From Macrostomum lignano (Eukaryota), in contig NIVC01001708.1 in the NCBI GenBank assembly GCA_002269645.1, forward strand, positions 62,001-126,000: a stretch of 64,000 nt of DNA, given 5' to 3'. Under the pieces are notes generated by a model. That model was not told the DNA's origin, did not search any database, and saw only the letters and a program-made list of their open reading frames with translations. The first letter of the stretch is position 1. Every line of letters begins with the position of its first letter. A program made the position numbers and the translations under genes. Below are positions 22,982-36,020 of this stretch, one piece after another.

Positions 22982-23748
22982 TTGACTTAGCTTGACCCGA
23001 TTTTCTCACCTGGCTTGACCTAGCTTGACCGATTTTCTCACCTGGCTTGACCTAGATTGACCGATTTTTTCACCTGGCTTGACCTAGCTTGACCCGATTT
23101 TCTCACCTGGCTTGACCCAGCTTGACCCGATTTTCTCACCTAGCTTGACCTAGCTTGACCCGATTTTCTCACCTGGCTTGACCTAGCTTGACCGATTCTC
23201 TCACATGGCTTGACCTAGCTTGACCCGATTTGCTTACCTGGCTTGACCTAGCTTGACCCGATTTGCTTACCTGGCTTGACCTAGCTTGACCCGATTTGCT
23301 TACCTGGCTTGACCTAGCTTACCCGATTTTCTCACCTGGCTTGACCCAGCTTGACCCGATTTTCTCACCTAGCTTGACCTAGCTTGACCCGATTTTCTCA
23401 CCTGGCTTGACCTAGCTTGACCGATTCTCTCACATGGCTTGACCTAGCTTGACCCGATTTGCTTACCTGGCTTGACCTAGCTTGACCCGATTTTCTCACC
23501 TAGCTTGACCTAGCTTGACCCGATTTGCCCACCTGGCTTGACCTAGCTTGACCCGATTTGCTCACTTGGCTTGACCTAGCTTGACCCGATTTGCCCACCT
23601 GGCTTGACCTAGCTTGACCCAGCTTGACCCGATTTTTCACCTGGCTTGACCTAGCTTGACCTAGCTTGACCCGATTTTCTCACCTGGCTTGACCTAGCTT
23701 ACCCGATTTTCTCACATGGCTTGACCTAGCTTGACCCGATTTGACCCG
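22982..23748. repeat. ~33-bp minisatellite in SLC12A8 intron 2
   Basis: Units cttgacctagcttgacccgattttctcacctgg. Confidence 0.96.
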
Positions 23749-23808
23749 CTTTTCTACTGGTCTTTTGAATGTTTTTAAATAAAACAGCAATCGTTTCTCT
23801 TTGCCCAG

Positions 23809-24720
23809 GTGCCCGTCTACTCCCTGCTAACTGTGGCCAGCATCTCCCTGCTATTTATCCTGATTGGCAACGTAAACTTATTGGGTCCAATAGTTGCCAT
23901 GCCGTTCCTACTTACCTACGCCGCTGTGAACTACGCCTATTTCGCGTTGGCAATGTCCTTCGACTTAGAGCAACGTCAGCGCAGGCGTTTCGACGCCGCC
24001 AAGAGCGTGACCACCGCGGCGGCTCGGCCGGAGACTGCGGGAGACCTGGCCGGCAACAGACAGCGGGCTCTGTCCCGCAGCAGCGACCTGGACAAGCTGT
24101 TTCCAGCCGAGCGCAGGCGGAATGGCTCGGCCGCCTCGGTGAAGTCTTCCGCCTCGCCTGACAAGCAGCAGCAGGCGGTTCCTCCTTCACCTTCAGCGAT
24201 TCTAGACAAGTCAACCGCTCGCTACGCCAGCCTTAGCAACCGTTGGGTCTCCTTAGCAACCGCTATAGCCTGTCTGGCCGTAATGTTTGCCACCCGCTGG
24301 GAGTACGCCCTCGCCGCCGTGCTGCTGCTGGCCGCCCTGCACCTCTACCTGGGCCGGGCCTACCCGGGCGCCGCTCCAGGCATCACCGCTCAGTTCTCCC
24401 TGACCGACTGGCTGACCGACTTGGCTAGGCAGCTTCGTCGGTGCTGCTGCTGTCGCTGCTGCTGCCCGGCCAGTCAGCGTCACCACGGTCACGGCGATGC
24501 TAACGGTGAAGGCGGAGAAGGCGACAATGACGATGATGATGATGATGACGAAGCTCGCCAGCTGGTGTTGAAGCCGACCGCTGTGCCCGAGCTGCCTCTG
24601 ACGGCCAAGCCGGCCACTCTGGCCACCCAGGGCACCGAAGGTGACTACGGCGATCGGGATCGCTACCACCGGAGCGGCGCCCTGTCCGACCGGCACCTGC
24701 CGTCCGTTGGCCTGGACTGA
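23809..24720 (+). CDS. SLC12A8: SLC12A8-like, exon 3
   Basis: ttgcccag|gtg; GNVNLLGPIV...LTYAAVNYAYFALAM, SNRWVSL, terminal TM pair; ends TGA. Confidence 0.92.
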   Translation: MPVYSLLTVASISLLFILIGNVNLLGPIVAMPFLLTYAAVNYAYFALAMSFDLEQRQRRRFDAAKSVTTAAARPETAGDLAGNRQRALSRSSDLDKLFPAERRRNGSAASVKSSASPDKQQQAVPPSPSAILDKSTARYASLSNRWVSLATAIACLAVMFATRWEYALAAVLLLAALHLYLGRAYPGAAPGITAQFSLTDWLTDLARQLRRCCCCRCCCPASQRHHGHGDANGEGGEGDNDDDDDDDEARQLVLKPTAVPELPLTAKPATLATQGTEGDYGDRDRYHRSGALSDRHLPSVGLD

Positions 24721-25807
24721 CGATCCCTGGACTGGCACTATTGGCCTTTCAAAATTCTGTCACATTGTCTGCCGATATGTTGCGTATATTATTTTAGAGA
24801 GGCATAGTTTCTATTGCTTCTGGACTGCCGATATGTATCGAAAAAGTAATTTTTGAAAGGTATCCTATCGTATTTCATACTATTTGCAGTTATATTCACA
24901 CTACCGATATGTAGCGTAAACCGTTTTACCTAGCTACTCGTAGTTTGTTAAACTATTTGGCGGCAGAGAAAGCGATCGAAACCAATGGCTACGATCTCTT
25001 AGGGACTTTTAACTCTTCCAATGAGGTTCTACAACTTCTAATACCTACTTACGAGTTTTTGTTACTTGATATTACATGTTCGCATATCTTATCAGATTTC
25101 AGCAGAATTTAATAATTTGCATTATTATTGATAACCTCTCCAGCTAGTCTAGTTAATCCAGGGATTACAAATTGTTTACTTCGTGCTTGTACATGATTTA
25201 TGGCGTATAACTGATTTGTTTATTGGTCTCTGGTGTGGCTTGTTTATTGAACCGAAGGTCAGTCACAATGTCGGTGCTGGTGCATGCAATCTAGGCGTGG
25301 AATTATAACACGCTTACAACTAAGGTCATTTACAAATAGACTGGTACCTTGTACTTTTAACTAATTGCTTTCCTCACTTGGGGCCTGGTGCTTTGCTGCC
25401 GTATGCTCTTGTGCTCATATTTTAAGCCGAAGTTGTCTGCGCGTCTTTCTATTCACGAGATTTATTATACTACATGTATCAGAGGTGATTTTATTGACCG
25501 CGGATTTTTCCGCTTTTGCTGGTGTCGGTTTTTATAATAGCTTTTGTTTCGTCAGATTTTGGCTGATATCTACCTATTTTTTAAATTATATATAGCATAA
25601 CTGCTTCCTTATACTATTTTTGCGCGATGTAACACTAAATATTTTAAAACCAGATTAACTGTTATATATATATACTTTCCATTGAAACATTTTATTAAAT
25701 CATATTGCCTTTATATTAATTGGCATTGGTGACGCAACACTTATAATACTTACTGTCACTGTAGCCTATTCTTTGAAGTAGACACTTACAACCAACCAAT
25801 CCAGACA

Positions 25808-26422
25808 CCCAATCTAGTTCCAGCTAATTAAAGTACACACACCAACAACCAACCCCGCAATCTAGTCCCAGCCAATTTAAGTACACACACCAACAACCAG
25901 CCCCCAATCTAGTCCGAGACATTAAAGTACACACACCGGCAACCAGCCCCCAATCTAGTCCCAGACATTAAAGTACACACACCGGCAACCAACAACCCAA
26001 TCTAGTCCCAGACATTAAAGTACACACCGGCAACCAACAACCCAACCTAGTCCCAGACATTAAAGTACACACACCGGCAACCAGCCCCCAATCTAGTCCC
26101 AGACATTAAAGTACACACACCGGCAACCAACAACCCAATCTAGTCCCAGACATTAAAGTACACACACTGGCAACCAACAACCCAATCTAGTCCCAGACAT
26201 TAAAGTACACACACCGGCAACCAGCCCCCAATCTAGTCCGTGACATTAAAGTACACACACCGGCAACCAGCCCCCAATCTAGTCCGAGACATTAAAGTAC
26301 ACACACCGGCAACCAGCCCCCAATCTAGTCCGAGACATTAAAGTACACACACCGGCAACCAGCCCCCAATCTAGTCCCAGACATTAAAGTACACACACCG
26401 GCAACCAACAACCCAATCTAGT
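25808..26422. repeat. ~44-bp minisatellite
   Basis: Units aatctagtcccagacattaaagtacacacaccggcaaccagcccc. Confidence 0.95.
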
Positions 26423-26739
26423 AGAGCAATATTATGCTTTTTGGCGTATGGTTAAAGCACATTTGATTATTGAAAGAGTCACTTCTAAATAAACGGCCAC
26501 TTTCAGAAATAGCCACTTATATTGCATATCTTTTAGTACAGGTGTCTTTAATTTTGTCTGTCTTTCGCTTCCATTACTACTCTAAATAGGATAATAGGGA
26601 AATTCGGCGTTTTAGTGGATTGTAATGGAAACTCAATAACCTTTTTCCTTGTATCCATGCATGTGCTTGATAACTATCCTCCGCGAATTTCACCAACCTC
26701 AATTTTCCGTTGTTGGCTCACCGCTACCATCCTAGACCC

Positions 26740-27212
26740 TCAGTCGCTGTGCCACCCTCCCAGATCCTCAGTCGCTGTGCCAGCCTCCCAGATCCTCAGT
26801 TGCTGGGCCAGCCTCCCAGATCCTCAGTTGCTGGGCCAGCCTCCCAGATCCTCAGTTGCTGGGCCAGCCTCCCAGATCCTCAGTTGCTGGGCCAGCCTCC
26901 CAGATCCTCAGTTGCTGGGCCAGCCTCCCAGATCCTCAGTTGCTGGGCCAGCCTCCCAGATCCTCAGTTGCTGGGCCAGCCTCCCAGATCCTCAGTTGCT
27001 GGGCCAGCCTCCCAGATCCTCAGTTGCTGGGCCAGCCTCCCAGATCCTCAGTTGCTGGGCCAGCCTCCCAGATCCTCAGTTGCTGGGCCAGCCTCCCAGA
27101 TCCTCAGTTGCTGGGCCAGCCTCCCAGATCCTCAGTTGCTGGGCCAGCCTCCCAGATCCTCAGTTGCTGGGCCAGCCTCCCAGATCCTCAGTTGCTGCAC
27201 CAGCCTCCCAGA
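26740..27212. repeat. 28-bp minisatellite
   Basis: Units cctcccagatcctcagttgctgggccag. Confidence 0.96.
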
Positions 27213-27719
27213 TCGGCAGTCTAGCAGGGTGGCCCAGCAAGTCGCCAGCTGTCTAAGCTTACCGCAGTACTGACTGAGCATCGATGTCAGTTCAAATAAT
27301 TATTACGTGCTCCATAGCCAGATAGCTGATGTTAGACACCTGCTATTTCCCAGCCTGTTATTATTCTATGACTAGCTGAGTGAGTTGCGTACTTAGTCAG
27401 CCCAGAATGGCTCTGCAGCATTGGCCTAAACTGTTCTTTAATTGCAGCAGTGTCTCCTGGGAGCTGCCTTGCGCATTCAGGCAGCGGCACCTGCCGCCGG
27501 CTGCTGCGTCTGTCGCAACTGGATTAGGTAGGTTGAACTGTCCTTTTTTCCGTCAGTCTGTGCATGCTAGAACAGGTGCACAGGGCCATTAATCGCGATA
27601 GAGTCCACCAAGCCACTTTAGTGCAGAAACAGCTCAACTCTTAAAGCTTCGATTCCGTGTGCGGTCGCACTCATTCGCGTTCGTCATAGTCACGAGAGCC
27701 AAACCCCAGGCTTATGGGG

Positions 27720-27790
27720 GGGGGCGTAGCCTACTGGTCTAGTGTGGCGCTCCTATGTGCCAGCGGCCCAGGCTTGATTCCAAGTGCAGT
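27720..27790 (+). mobile_element. Possible degenerate tRNA-like SINE head
   Basis: tagcctactgg (A-box-like) and ggcttgattcc (B-box-like); cloverleaf not intact. Confidence 0.3.
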
Positions 27791-30700
27791 CACATTAATT
27801 TGGGGTTAAATCGGAATGTCTGCTTGGGTTTGATCGTAAAATATAAATTTGGTTTGCATGGAAACTATGGCTAAATCAGTGCAATGGAAAGTGATGCTGC
27901 ACAGTGCATGCAATGAATAGGAGAATTCATATTGATGTGTGCGTTTTCTATGTGCATTGGCACTGGCAGACAGATGCGGTGTCTTAATTTCATGTAATTT
28001 AATGCATCCTCTTACTCGTCGTCCCGGTGCTGCCTAGGTCCTTTAACCACTCTGATGGCTTATACCATTACTGGCCTAGTGTTTAAGTTGCTTTCCTTGT
28101 AAAGCTCCATCCATTACGTTGCTCTAAAGTGCAATTACAAAACATTGACTTGTTGTTAATTGCGTCCTAAACATAGAGGCTGGTCATTTGTTGTTGCCAC
28201 ACACTCACTGCGGGCGGCCATTACCAGCATCCTGTCTGCTGCTTCTGCTGTCAAGGATGCTGCTTAGATTGCTGTGTTTTTATATCCTCAAACCTTTTGG
28301 CACCTGATTTAGGAATGGCTATATTTAGAAACTTGCATAAGGCTTTTATTAAAAAGGAACCATACTTTTCATATTTTGACTGAACTATTCAGTCATTATA
28401 TATTTTCTGTTTTATCAATTAATTCTGGTTCGTATAGAAATGAATTTAGTTGATAAAACTGACGTACAGAGAATATCAATATGTGAAATAGATTTCCACC
28501 AGCTTGACTCGCGGAGTGAATTTATAAAAAACATTCTCCACATCATTTTATCCATATATTTGACGCTTTGCCAGCTTGACTGAACCTAATTGATCCGCCT
28601 TTATCGCTGCGCTCTAAAAGCTGATGCATGCTTTCAATTTCAATACTCTCTGTCTGGCACTAATGCACTAATTTACCGCCTAAGCTTAACTTATTTCCCT
28701 AAAAGGTGTCTCTTCTTTGTCCAACTTTAATTTCGGAACCATGATGGGAAAATCAAATGTGCGTTGAATCACTCCCATGTACCCGGAATCGCCCCGAAAG
28801 GGATTAAATGGGGCTGATAGCTTTGTTGGAAATCTTTCGGATTTCTCTGCTATTCAAGGCTTCCAATTGGAGATCAAAATGCGTGATTTGATGTTTTTCA
28901 TGCGAACTTATTTCTATCCACAATGACTAGTTTGAAAGCATTGTACATTTGTCTATTTACGAGATATGGTCGCAGTTAAATAGCGGTCTCCAAGGTAGCG
29001 CATAAGAGGGAGGAGCTTTGTTTCAAATAGTAGCTTGCTTGACTTAACTGCAGGGGCTCCGGTCCGTCCGGGATGCGGCGGGGAGGCTCGCCTATTCCGC
29101 CAAACCTTGTTCCAACTTTTCTCCAACGCCTCTCTCAAATCCGAAATGAACTTGTAAGAAGCAGGTGTTGCTTCTTCTTCCAGTTACTCGTAAATCCGGC
29201 ACATAGGTAACATAAACGGTCAATGAATCACAGGAGATACCGTCATTTGACTGCCAGCAATATGATGCCTAGTTTTTGCGCCTCGACCCTTGCTATAGTT
29301 TGGCACTTGCTTTCTTATTTTGGCGCCTAAGGGCTTCGTCAGGGTGTAGGGGTTCCCTCCTCAAGAAATTTTCTGGATCCACGTCTGCAGGGAGTCAAAT
29401 CCCATCTGCGATCAATGCTACTAAGATCCCTACTATGGTGCTAATTATAGCGCTATAATCTCGCTTGAATTTCTCTTGAAATAAAATGATAAAATGATCC
29501 CCTGCGAAACAGATGTCCCTTCAAGAGAGATCTTGATCCGTCCCTGTGACCCTTAACTGGCGTGACCCCCCCCCAAGACATGTACACAGTCAAAAGGCAG
29601 TCAGTCAAATGTCGTAGACCCGAATGACAAGCAATAACGCGAGAAAAATTCATAATAAAAATTGCAAAATTAAACTTGTCAGTTTCTTAAAAGATTCGAA
29701 ACCCAGCGTCGATGGAAAATATGTATCTGCACAGCTGCATGCTCTTCAATTATGAGTATTCATAATTAGGATATTAACTCTGTTAATATCCGTGCACCGA
29801 TGGGACCCAATTGCTAAGGGGTCTATATATACAGCGTTAGCTATCTATAGTACCGTAGCTACTAATCAATTTGGCCGCCTACCTTGCCAAGCTGTGAGAT
29901 TTTGTCTGACATTCGTTAGCGGAAGTCAGTAATAAGTTTGCAGCAATTGATTTTAAGCCCATCGAGCCGCTGCGTGTTCGTTCCGTTCCTGTGCTTGTTT
30001 TTTCTTGGCCTTGCTTTTAATGTTTAATCTCGCGCTTATCTGCCAGCAGCTTTTAGTCCCACCCCCTCCATTGCTGGATGAATTCGCTTGAAAATATACG
30101 TTCCGTGCTGCTGTCAATCATTCACTTGACATCGTTTCCTCATCGAACTTTACCGATTACATTTTGCGCTCCTAAGTAGCAGATTGCCTCTACCTATCTC
30201 TGTGTCATGTTAGGATTGCTGCTGGTAAAATTGCCTCCTGCACTGGCTGCACAAAATAGAGAGCGAATTTACGAGCGTAGTGCACAACTTTTCTATTGCT
30301 TATCCCTATAGCTTGTCGCATTCTTATCTACCAGATTCTTCTCCTTAACAATTATTAATCTCTCTGTGTGTCCTGCAATTGGTGTAATAAGCCTGGATCT
30401 CAGAGACCCAGCTCAAGGAGACCTTAAATCTTTAGTTCAAACATATGGACACGTTGCTTCATCCAAAATCTGGTTCGAGCCACATCCCTTCTTTTTAAAA
30501 ATTGTCTACCTAGCATTTCCGATGAAAGCCGGGGCGAAAACAAAAAACCTTCCTTCTGTGAACAAGCAATCAAGCGATTTGCTAAATAGGCCTTGAATTC
30601 GGGGCCCAGCAACCGAACTTCGTTTGAAGAGTGAAGACTGACAGGTTTGCGCCGAAACATTGACAGACGAATGAGCGAATGAATGACGACTGAGCGAATA

Positions 30701-32034
30701 AATGGCAGACCAGCGAGGAAGCCTTGTAAACACAAGCCTTGCTCCGCGTAAATCAATGTCCTCCTCCCTCCCTGCTGTGTGCAGTTTCTCTTTGATTCTC
30801 AAATATTTGGTTTACATGTAGTGTACTGGCATTGCTAATGGAATTTGCCTGTTGGCTCTCCCATAGGATTGAGTAGGGTCACAATTTTATTATATTATGC
30901 TCCGTATTCTTACTATTGCTGTCGTAGCGATTACTATTATTATTATTATTATTATTATTATTAGTTTAAGTTGTAAGTATAACTAATTTAGCTAAACTAA
31001 TTGGCAAAGTTGGGGTGTATAAGATTCTTCTAGAAAGAAGGGGGACTACGAAGGCCGAACGGACGGGATGTCTGCCTGACTGGCTACTGAAGTGACCCCC
31101 CCCCCCCTATTAATTGAATCTGAGAAGAGAATCCAGAAGCCCAAGCTCAACTGCATCTCTTCTTTAACTCTCTTTTTCTTGTTTTCGCTCCAACAAACTC
31201 TGTGCGAGATGCTAAGTACTGCTCGGATTTGGGTTTGCACTTTTTGTTTCCTATTTGCTTTTCCCGCCCGTCTGTCGCCTTTTATCATCTCGAATTCCCT
31301 ATACACGTGCAGAGTTTCAGTTTGATTTTGGTTTTGTGCAAGCTTAATCAATATTTCTGGCCGATGCAAAGCGTTTCAATATTTTAGTGATACTTTTTTA
31401 AAGAAAAATGACGAGAAACTTCCGACGTTTTTGTTTAAATTAAAACCACTGTCTGAAATGGCAAACGTGGGTGGGATCTGTGGGCGGCGCGTTGGGACAG
31501 GGCGGCACAGATGTTACTTGGGGCCACCTCAGCTGCATTGATTAGATATGGATTAATTAATCAAATCAGCTATCAGACGTGGTTGCTTTCTTTTAATGTA
31601 ATAAGTGTATTAAGTCTGAGCCTCCGTCCCATGCATTTTCAATAAGCTGCACTGGAGTTGTTCTGCCGGTGCGGCGCCTCTTACCGGCTCCGATGTAGAA
31701 TTTTTAATCTACTTAAGTAGTTTTGCTTGCATTCGACTGCATTTACTTTCGCCCGTATGTTAGGAGAGTTTTATTCATGTCTGGATTTCTACCAGTTCCA
31801 TGCTGTGCTGCCCTACCCTCAGTTGTCTTAACTTCTCAGTCTGCGATTATTTCAACCAAGGACTTCTTAGAAAGGGTAGGATGCTCCACTCGAGCTTAGT
31901 GAAAATTGTTCTGAAAGCTGGATAAATGTTTTTATAAAAACAATCAAAACCATTACTCGTTTCGGATTAGCTTAACTCAGATTAGCTCAGATTAGCTGAT
32001 TCGTTTCAGATCTTACCCTCTGGTCTAGTTTTTG

Positions 32035-32278
32035 CGTGATTGGTCAGGATGGAACAAACCAACTGATTGCTGATTGGTCAGGAGGGAGCAGAACTGCTAG
32101 TTCCTGATTGGTCAGTAGGGAACAGACCTACTGATTGCTGATTGGTCAGGAGGAAACAGACCTGCCGATTGCTGATTGGTTAGGATGGAACAGACCTGCT
32201 GATTGCCGATTGGTCAGGAGGAAACAGACCTGCCGATTGCTGATTGGTTAGGATGGAACAAGCCTGTTAATTGGTCAG
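32035..32278. repeat. 34-bp minisatellite, each unit carrying (C)TGATTGGT(C/T)AG (reverse CCAAT)
   Basis: ATTGG at 32039, 32073, 32107, 32141, 32175, 32209, 32243 and 32270. Confidence 0.9.
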
Positions 32279-32311
32279 AGCTACATGTAAATTTTTCTTG
32301 TCCCCCCGCAG

Positions 32312-32692
32312 CACAACGCCGCGCCTTGACTACATTCAGCGGCGCACCCGACTCCGTGTCGTGGACAACAGCGAACTGGGCCGCCGGGCCATGGAGGCAG
32401 GCAAGCCGCCCAGAGTGATGCACGTCTACGGCAAGAAGCTGAAGGCAGCCACGGGCGACATGGTCATGGTGGCCATTCTTGGCCAGAAGCGGCGCGGCTT
32501 CATTGTCGGAGCCCGCCGACCGAAGGTCCCCTCAGGCCGCAGTTTGATAGCAACAATCTGGTGCTGCTGAACGATGAAGGCCAGCCGCTTGGCAACCGGA
32601 TTCTGGCGCCTGTGCCCAGCTTCCTTCGGGCTAATCGCAATCCCAAACTAGACTATACTAAGCTATTGGCCATTGCCACCAAGTTTGTGTAG
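32312..32692 (+). CDS. MRPL14: Mitochondrial ribosomal protein L14, last exon (1-nt frameshift at C-run 32528-32531); 5' exon not located
   Basis: IQRRTRLRVVDNSELG, GDMVMVAILGQKRRGFIVG, then in the shifted frame PQFDSNNLVLLNDEGQPLGNRILAPVP...YTKLLAIATKFV*. Confidence 0.92.
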
Positions 32693-32805
32693 CAAGTACT
32701 GTTTCCTTTGTATTTGAGGCCGTTTTGAGTACTTTTGACTGCTAGTTCGAGTGGCATTTTGTATATTTAGCTATAATGGGAATTAATGGAAATCAATAGA
32801 GGCGA

Positions 32806-32923
32806 TTGGGACTGCAATAACGGCAATCGGGATTTCAATAACGGCAATTGGGATTGCAATAACGGCAGTCGGGACTTCAATAACGGCAATTGGGATTGCA
32901 ATAACGGCAGTCGGGACTGCAAT
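32806..32923. repeat. 21-bp tandem repeat
   Basis: Units gggattgcaataacggcaatc/agtc. Confidence 0.85.
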
Positions 32924-33924
32924 AAACTGTATATCGAGTTTTTATGTCACAAAGAAAGCATGACATTTTGACTCTGGCAGTCCAGCTTTGCAGTTGCCAT
33001 GCTTGCAATCTTAACCAAACCATTCGTGTTCTATTTGAGCAAGCAAGTTGGAATTGTGGAGATTGTGCTTTTGTACTGCCTAGCCGTTGTCCACCGGCTG
33101 TTCATATTTCAAAATACAGAAAACAATTGTCTCTTTGGGAATATATCGAAATGAATTCTACTTAAACTCTCTTTGAATTGTCTTTTTGCTGTTGATGGAT
33201 AAACAAGGTGAAAGTACATTTCTAGGCAGATGTTCGGTGCGGTCCTGATCGGAGACCCGAGGGAGTTCAAAACCTTGCCTTTCTAGCGCTTCTGCAAAAA
33301 TGGAGGTTCTGTGTACTCTTTAGCTGCTTACAGCATGAATTATGTACCCGGAAACTTGAACTTTCTTATCTATGCTTGGCGTTCAAACATTTGTTCAAAT
33401 ATTGGAGAGGCGAGATGGCGAGGAGATAATGCGGGCAAACATTTTAGGGACTAAATTTTGGGTAAATATCCGGGCAGTGTGAGCCAGGTGACTATTGGGC
33501 CATGCATTCAGCCAATTTGAGTTCCCGTTGGAGTATAGAGTGCTGTCTGTCTCCCCAACCAGATGGTCAATGGTTTTCAGTTCAGTTCTTTATTTTCCGT
33601 TTTTCTCCGTTCTTCTGGTACTGACAGCAGTTGAGCTGCTCAATTGTGCACTTTTGCTTTAAGTCAGTCAGTGAGTGCAGCGCAGTGAGTGCAGTGGGGT
33701 TCAGCGCAAGAGTGCTCGTGTACTATAAATCAATGCTATACGTGACATCCCTGATGTTCTATTGTATTGTATTAATTTTCCTTGTCAGCTTGAAATGAAT
33801 CAGTCAGAGTAATCCAGGAGTCTTTATCTCTCTTTCGGACACTAAATAAGCACTAACACTGGCACCCCTAGCACCGAAAAGCCTCAACTGCAGGTACCCT
33901 CGGACCTCGGACAGCCACAATAGC

Positions 33925-34229
33925 CTAATAATAATAATTGATCACACCTGCCCTAATAGACAGATGTGCAACCGACAGCTCAGCCGCAGCTATTGCGCGG
34001 CGCATCTGAAGGCTGCGTACGGCTGTTCAGTCCAAGGATTGAATGGGGGGTCGCCACACACCCCCTCAATTACCCCAGCTAATGCTGGCACCCATTTTAC
34101 AGCTGGGTGAACTGAGGCAATGCAGAGTTAAGTGTCTTGCTCAAGGACACAAATTGCTCCAGTGGGATGGGGAATCGAACCCCGACCTTCAAGTCGTGAG
34201 TCTGACGCTCTGACCACTGGGCTACAACC
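33925..34229 (-). mobile_element. tRNA-derived CORE-type SINE
   Basis: Minus: GGTTGTAGCCCAGTGG (A box), GGTTCGATTCC (B box), then gtgtccttgagcaagacacttaac...gcctcagttcacccagctgtaaaatggg (CORE-like), and an (ATT)n-like tail. Confidence 0.8.
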
Positions 34230-36020
34230 TAGATTATTGTTGGCGCATTGCCACTGGGAATTCGTACTCATTACAAATTTTACTGTCCTTTGGATTCCTA
34301 TCGATTTCGTATCTATTTTATCTACTCGTGCTTATATTATCCCCTGCTAGGATTTTTTCAGCGGATTTGGATTTCGGTCACTCCGAGTTGAAGTGAGTTG
34401 GCCGTTTTATAATTAACTTGAGGATCGGGAGATTTCCCATAGTATAAGCCTATTGGGAAGACAGAATCGAATTCGAGATTTTTCTCGCAAGGAGCTCAGA
34501 GCGACGCTGAGCATTCAACGATTTCTTAAAACTATTGTTTGGTTCACATTTCTACAAGAGTAAAATTATAAATCTTTGAATTCTAAGCGACCAAATAATG
34601 CCAGCACATAATTAATTCCGCATCAACTCTGATAGAACTTCCGGTTATCATCGCTAATATCCCAGACAAGTCTGAGTAAAATCCTGCCCGAATTTCTAGT
34701 CATGGACAGCGTACTGAACTGGAAGGATGCTACACTGTACTGGGTTTTTCTTGACAGCTTATTAACTGAATGGCAGCTACATTTGTAACTGTCAGACAGT
34801 TTGTTCTTCAAATCCAATAAATACATACATCGTACAGTGCTGGGGAGCAGTTGACATGACAGACTGCCATGTCCAACCCGTCAATGGGATGCCCGTCTTC
34901 ATTACTCTTGTTTTGTTGAATCCCGTCTTCACCGCACAGGTTTGCACGACCCGAGAGAAACTGAAGCTGGTTAAACAAGCAACCACTGCATCAGATTTAC
35001 TCTGCATTTGCAACTCCCTGCATCTACACGGCTAAGGCTGCTTCGTTTTACCTTTCCCAGCATTATAGCAGGATTGATTGCAGCTTTTCGCATGTATCTG
35101 TTCAATATTGTGGATTCGTTGCGCTGATAAAAAACTGCAATAAGCTTACAACGGAACTCACCTTACATGGGAGAGCTGTTTCTCATCGAGCGTCAGATAA
35201 AAAAGTACAAACGCTAACCCGGCGTAATCTCCAGGGTTTCCAACTCTCTTACATTTATTTATTCTTCCGCTATCACTGCCCCCAAACAAGTACGGCGTAC
35301 AGTAAGCTAACCACTTTTCAATTACTGTGTTACGTAATAACTAATAAGTCTTGAAATAAAATAGCCAAATATAGAAGCTTCATGTTGGCATGCAAGCCTG
35401 GACTGACACGGAAAAAGGGTTTCTAAGAAACTAAATGTAGAAAAGTCGAATGCCGAGTCTGGGCTTTCCCTAAACTACACTAATGAGAATTAAAATTTTC
35501 ATTTTTCAAATTGTGATTGTTTTATGGGAAGCAGGTCGAATGCTTATACATTGCCTGATTCGTTGCTCCATTGATCTTTGAACAAGTTTTGTCAGTTGTT
35601 TAAATTGCGAAAAAGTTCCTTATTACATACAGTGTATTGACTTTCTTACTTTAAAAGCATTTGTTGCGTGACTGTGACCGGTGGCAAGTCATGCAAAAAT
35701 ATGAGCCTTTGATCTGCAATTCGATCAGAAATCAATGGCTATATATTGTCTTAAAAGACAATTATGTAACATATTCTAAGAAACTAAGTTTCCCGTCCTT
35801 TCATTTTTAATTCGTCCTTTAATTCATGCAGAACGATGGTCTGGAAAGGCCTCGGAACCAGGTCCCATGCATGGCTGCTTGTCTGCGTGGCTGACTCCGC
35901 ACCCATCAGTTTGATCATTTTCCCCGGCTTATTTCTCGCGTCAGTGATCGACAAAAATTCTTGTTGCCGGAAAGCCCGTAGCTCGTAGTTAGGCAATCCA
36001 ATTACTCAACTCTTGCATTA

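Noticed and set aside
28953-29460. Possible Tc1 C-terminus or TM-containing exon
   Set aside because: Only vague similarity; no catalytic motif or TIRs found.
30366-30802. Possible decayed RT or exon (LANRL...FRPG-like fragments)
   Set aside because: Motifs are too weak and spread across frames to support a call.
34160-34229. tRNA-Val(CAC)-like gene
   Set aside because: Continues directly into a SINE body with no poly-T terminator, and the stems are imperfect.
35784-35996. ORF containing WDLVPRP (copia RT-like)
   Set aside because: No other copia motifs nearby; it lies just downstream of a putative stop codon.
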